Shown here piece after piece: positions 60,249 to 64,000 of a stretch of 64,000 nt of DNA (positions are counted from its first letter, which is position 1; each line of letters starts with the position of its first letter). The stretch lies in sequence record NZ_CP097382.1. The stretch is one strand, 5' to 3'. A program made the translations under genes and the position numbers. Under the pieces are notes generated by a model that had not been told where the DNA came from, searched no databases, and saw only the letters and a program-made list of their open reading frames with translations. Origin of the DNA: a plasmid.

Positions 60249-62088
60249 ATCATCAGTTAATGATCGTCGATATCTGAGCTTTAATGTTGTAAATCAATGT
60301 AAATTATGAAATAAATCAAATTCACCCATAAAATCAACTTCAATCATAACAGTACTTGTTATATATTATATAAACATTAGATGCAACTCGTTTAAAACTA
60401 TTGATTATTTAATTTTAATCTAAAAATAATTTCATTCATTACTAGATTAGTATATGTAAAATGTAAACATTCAGAAAACAAATGACGCAAAATATGAGTA
60501 CATTCTAACTAAATATATTTGTAAGCGTCAAATATAATATGAATTCCAATCATTTTTCTCTTATCTAGTTACATTTAGATAATAATTAAAAATTTTTTTT
60601 AATAAACAAATAATTGCACATAAAAATCACTATCGGATAATTAAATTAAGATGGCGATTAAATCTAATAAGAAACAAATAATGATTAAATTAAAGATATA
60701 AAGTCCAGTTTTGGAAAAGAAATAAAAAATAGTTACATTTTGTTACTTTTTGTCTATTTTAACATATTAATCATAAATTATTTATTGGCAATAATTACAT
60801 CAGTATTGTTTAACTCTACCATGTACATTCAATAAAAAACCGGCTGAACGTATAAAGTTCACCAAATTAATTTAAGTGAAATTAATTGATTTAATTGATA
60901 ATTAATTATTTTGAAGCTCATGAAAATCGAGTAATCAAACAACTGTTAAGTGATTGAGTTATAAATTCTGTATTCATTTTAATATATTGCTAGCACACTA
61001 AGCACACTAATCAATAAGAAAAATTTATGTTTTTTTTCGTGCTTCTGTCTACTTAAGCACTGTTGATATGTCATCGATTTGAATTAGGGTGGTATATCAA
61101 TTAGTGATTAATCTATCTAAATAATTATCGCCCCCAAAATATACAAATCATTCAATAATGATAGTGACTAGTTCTGGTGTGGTAAATAGACAGGCATTGG
61201 TATAATGACATTATAAAATGATAACCAAGACCGCAATTGCATAATTTTACATTATCAGCGTAAATTTATTACCTCATTACGAATGAATTACTTACATAAG
61301 TACGAAAAAGTTCGATAAGACGGGAATATTGAGAGGGCTTTTAAAGTAGTGTCCTACTACGGCAAACAACCCCAACAAATTTTGTAAGAAGCCACTTTTA
61401 TGCTCTCAAGTTGCCTAAAATACGACTGCTCGTTAATGTTCTAAAAAGCACTGAGCTTGGTATGAAAGTTGAATTGCTAGAGGATAAATAAAGGATACAG
61501 CCTAGATATTGACAGCAATTTTTTGCTTTTGTTACGTATGTTCTCATATCCGGACGCCTTAAAAGATTGTTCATTTAGTTAAATCTTAATTGGCTGTGGC
61601 TACCGTCCTATTTTAGTCAGAATAATCTATATGCCTAAATCGGCATACAATCGATTTTAAGCATCTTTTTTATATATTCATCCAATCACATTGCATACCC
61701 TAATAAAGTCACTCTAAATCAATTCTGCACAGCCTATTTTTTGATCAATTCTTTTTTTTATCATTATTGCGCTTTACCGTCATTCTCCGCAAATGAGGCA
61801 TTTCGCTTATTTTCCCTTATTTAGTGTGATCGTGATGAAGATCTTCACTATATCTTGTTTATTTGAATGATTAATATTATCCGTGTTATGTAACTTATTG
61901 CGGTTTAAGGGAAAAAACGCAATAATACCTAAATTCAGCAGAGGTAAAAATCGGCCCTAAAAGGTGAAAGGATCCGATGGTCGTCATGCGCGAGTGCGCG
62001 ATTTTTTGTTACCGCGTTATATTTAGTTTTAGTCAATGATAATATTTAAAAGTAATTATTAGTATGGTGATTATTAAGGTGATGTATT

Positions 62089-62814
62089 ATGTCTACTTTT
62101 TTTCCTGTCAATCCTGAAAGTGGTAAATCAATTTTACAGCGACAATCTCAAGCTCTCTTACAAAATGGTCATTTAGAGCGTGCACGACAATTACGAAATT
62201 TGGCGATAGCGGCTGAATTAGATTGCCCAAAATATTTACTGGCACCAGAAGTAAACCAGCTTTTGCAATTTATTCCCGATCTGCATCAGCGAACGCTGAT
62301 TGATACGTTATGGAATACGGGAGCCCGTATTCATGAAGCGTTGGCATTAACCAAAGGGGATTTTTATCTCGATGAAGAAACCCCATTTGTGGTGTTGCGA
62401 ACACTTAAGCAACGAGAAATACAGACAAAGTCGAAGGAAATTAGAGTCAAGGCGCGTCCTAAACGGATTGTTGCACTCTTCGATCCCCAGTATGTGCAAT
62501 TGATGAAAAGTTACTTTGCGACGATGCGGCTGAAGAATCAAAGCCAGATTTGGCCAATCCAAAGTGATAATACGGTTAGAAATTGGTTACGCTCTGCGGT
62601 TGAACAAGCAGAAGCGAATGGTGTTTCCTATGTTGTTAACCCGATCACCTGTAAAACCTTCCGACACAGCTTTGCGATGCACCTTATTTTTAATGGGGTG
62701 CCCATGAAAGTGATCCAAGCGTATCTAGGACACAAAAAATCAAGTTCAACCGACGTTTATACAAAAATTTTTACGCTTGATGCCATGTTACATTTTGATA
62801 TTTCATTTCGCTAA
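62089..62814 (+). CDS. Tyrosine site-specific recombinase (FimB/FimE/XerD-like)
   Basis: 241 aa. …TGARIHEA… carries the catalytic Arg. …FRHSFAMHL…AYLGHKKSSSTDVYT… forms the H-x-x-R…Y catalytic box. Confidence 0.75.
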   Translation: MSTFFPVNPESGKSILQRQSQALLQNGHLERARQLRNLAIAAELDCPKYLLAPEVNQLLQFIPDLHQRTLIDTLWNTGARIHEALALTKGDFYLDEETPFVVLRTLKQREIQTKSKEIRVKARPKRIVALFDPQYVQLMKSYFATMRLKNQSQIWPIQSDNTVRNWLRSAVEQAEANGVSYVVNPITCKTFRHSFAMHLIFNGVPMKVIQAYLGHKKSSSTDVYTKIFTLDAMLHFDISFR

Positions 62815-63269
62815 TGGGATTAAGTGTTCCCATTACTCTACCTGAATTATATTTCTTCCCCCTATATTTATTGAAAAATAGCAGGAAATTTACAGATAAA
62901 AGCGTTAATTATTTTCGAAATTGAATAAATTGCAATTTTATTCGTCTTTTTCTATTTGATAATGATATTCATTAATGCTGTTTTTAGTACAAGATGAGTA
63001 AAAATACTAATTAAGGATAGGGCTGTGTCATTAGTATATTTAATAAAATTTAATTCTCACACTTTTAATTTCATTTGGAATTTAGAATTTAAATTGGTGA
63101 TTTCAGATTGAAATCTTATTTTTATTTTATTTAATATTCTTTAATATCATGGGTTTATGCTATTTTAAAGCTGTGGGGGAAAATAATTAGCAAAAGATTG
63201 TTTACAATACTAAGCTTATGTAGGATTATGCATCCTAATTAAGAATGCTGCATAAGGAGATAAACTGGT

Positions 63270-64000
63270 ATGGTTAGAGCAAATAATCAGTTCAACAAAA
63301 TTGCGAGTCGCTCTGTCAGATTATTGCAATCGTTGACTGAACAAGTTCAATCTCAAAAAGAGGAACTGAATGAAACCGCTTATTACCAAGTTTACTCTAA
63401 AGCAGCCGTCGCTAAATTGCCTAAGCTGACTCGCGCTAGCGTCGATTATGCTGTTAATGAAATGGAAAATGCGGGATACGTATTTGAGAAAAGGCAAGCA
63501 GGAACTGCATTAAAGTACGCGATGACAATCCAAAATATTGTCGATATTTATCATCATCGTGGTGTCCCTAAGTACCGTGATCGTTACCCTGATGCATTCA
63601 CTTTTTTTGTTGGAAATTTGAAAGGGGGGGTCTCAAAAACGGTCAGTACAGTATCGTTGGCTCATGCATTGCGTACGCATCCTCATCTCATATTTGAAGA
63701 TCTTAGGATTTTAGTAATAGATCTTGACCCTCAATCATCAGCTACTATGTTTTTAGATCATATGCAATCAATCGGCGTGGTTGATACTACTGCAGCTCAA
63801 GCTATGCTACAGAATGTGACTCGAGAAGAATTGCTAAATGAATTTGTTTTACCTTCAGTGATTCAAGGCGTTGATGTGATCCCCGCATCTATTGAAGATG
63901 CATTTATTGCCTCTCAATGGGAATTATTGTGTGCAGAGCATTTACCAGGTCATAATATCTATACTGTTCTGCGAGAGAATATTATCAATAAAGTTAAAAA
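63270..64000 (+). CDS. SopA/ParA-type (type Ia) partition ATPase, N-terminal part. The gene continues beyond the window.
   Basis: An N-terminal regulatory/HTH extension is followed by the deviant Walker A motif FVGNLKGGVSKTVST, as in F SopA/P1 ParA. The frame is open to the window edge. Confidence 0.7.
   Translation, partial: MVRANNQFNKIASRSVRLLQSLTEQVQSQKEELNETAYYQVYSKAAVAKLPKLTRASVDYAVNEMENAGYVFEKRQAGTALKYAMTIQNIVDIYHHRGVPKYRDRYPDAFTFFVGNLKGGVSKTVSTVSLAHALRTHPHLIFEDLRILVIDLDPQSSATMFLDHMQSIGVVDTTAAQAMLQNVTREELLNEFVLPSVIQGVDVIPASIEDAFIASQWELLCAEHLPGHNIYTVLRENIINKVK

Noticed and set aside
60050-62088. CRISPR array or other regular repeat-spacer structure in the long AT-rich tracts (also checked at 31130-31900, 45640-46100 and 56950-57730)
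   Set aside because: Only short AT-rich low-complexity repeats were seen, such as the 9-bp tandem AGCACACTA x2 at 60993-61010. There are no regularly spaced repeats of 24-48 bp.

Overview
The window is a mosaic of an F-like conjugative plasmid or ICE backbone, about 50% GC, and AT-rich cargo of about 33-38% GC.

Backbone, 1-28.6 kb. It carries a nearly complete MPF-F/MOB-F transfer operon in the order traB(partial)-small ORF-NusG/RfaH-like paralog-small ORF-traV-traC-trbI-traW-traU-trbC-traN-traF-(traQ-like)-trbB-[inserted RHH/ParE toxin-antitoxin island]-traH-traG-(traS-position gene)-traR-traD-traI. traI is followed directly by an IncFII-type replicon: repA promoter, CopA/CopT stem-loop, an 18-codon tap leader peptide whose stop overlaps the repA start, RepA and a candidate origin. 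finO comes after that.

Cargo, 28.6-64 kb. It contains an Rpn/YhgA-family nuclease; a frameshifted IS91-family transposase remnant; three chaperone-usher fimbrial loci; a cluster of broken insertion sequences (IS66, two IS3-family elements, an IS110-family element, an IS2-like element, an IS481-like fragment and an IS256 fragment); and a low-GC fumC + NAD-malic-enzyme pair. The window ends with a tyrosine recombinase and the start of a SopA/ParA partition ATPase. The three fimbrial loci are one large locus with 8 pilin paralogs, an adhesin and an MrpJ-like regulator; one 4-gene locus; and one truncated usher-adhesin-MrpJ-like remnant. The MrpJ-type regulators and the AT-rich fimbrial cargo suggest a Morganellaceae host (Proteus/Providencia-like); this is inference only.

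No rRNA, tRNA or CRISPR array was seen. All homology calls come from reading the translated ORFs against remembered family signatures. No database search was run.
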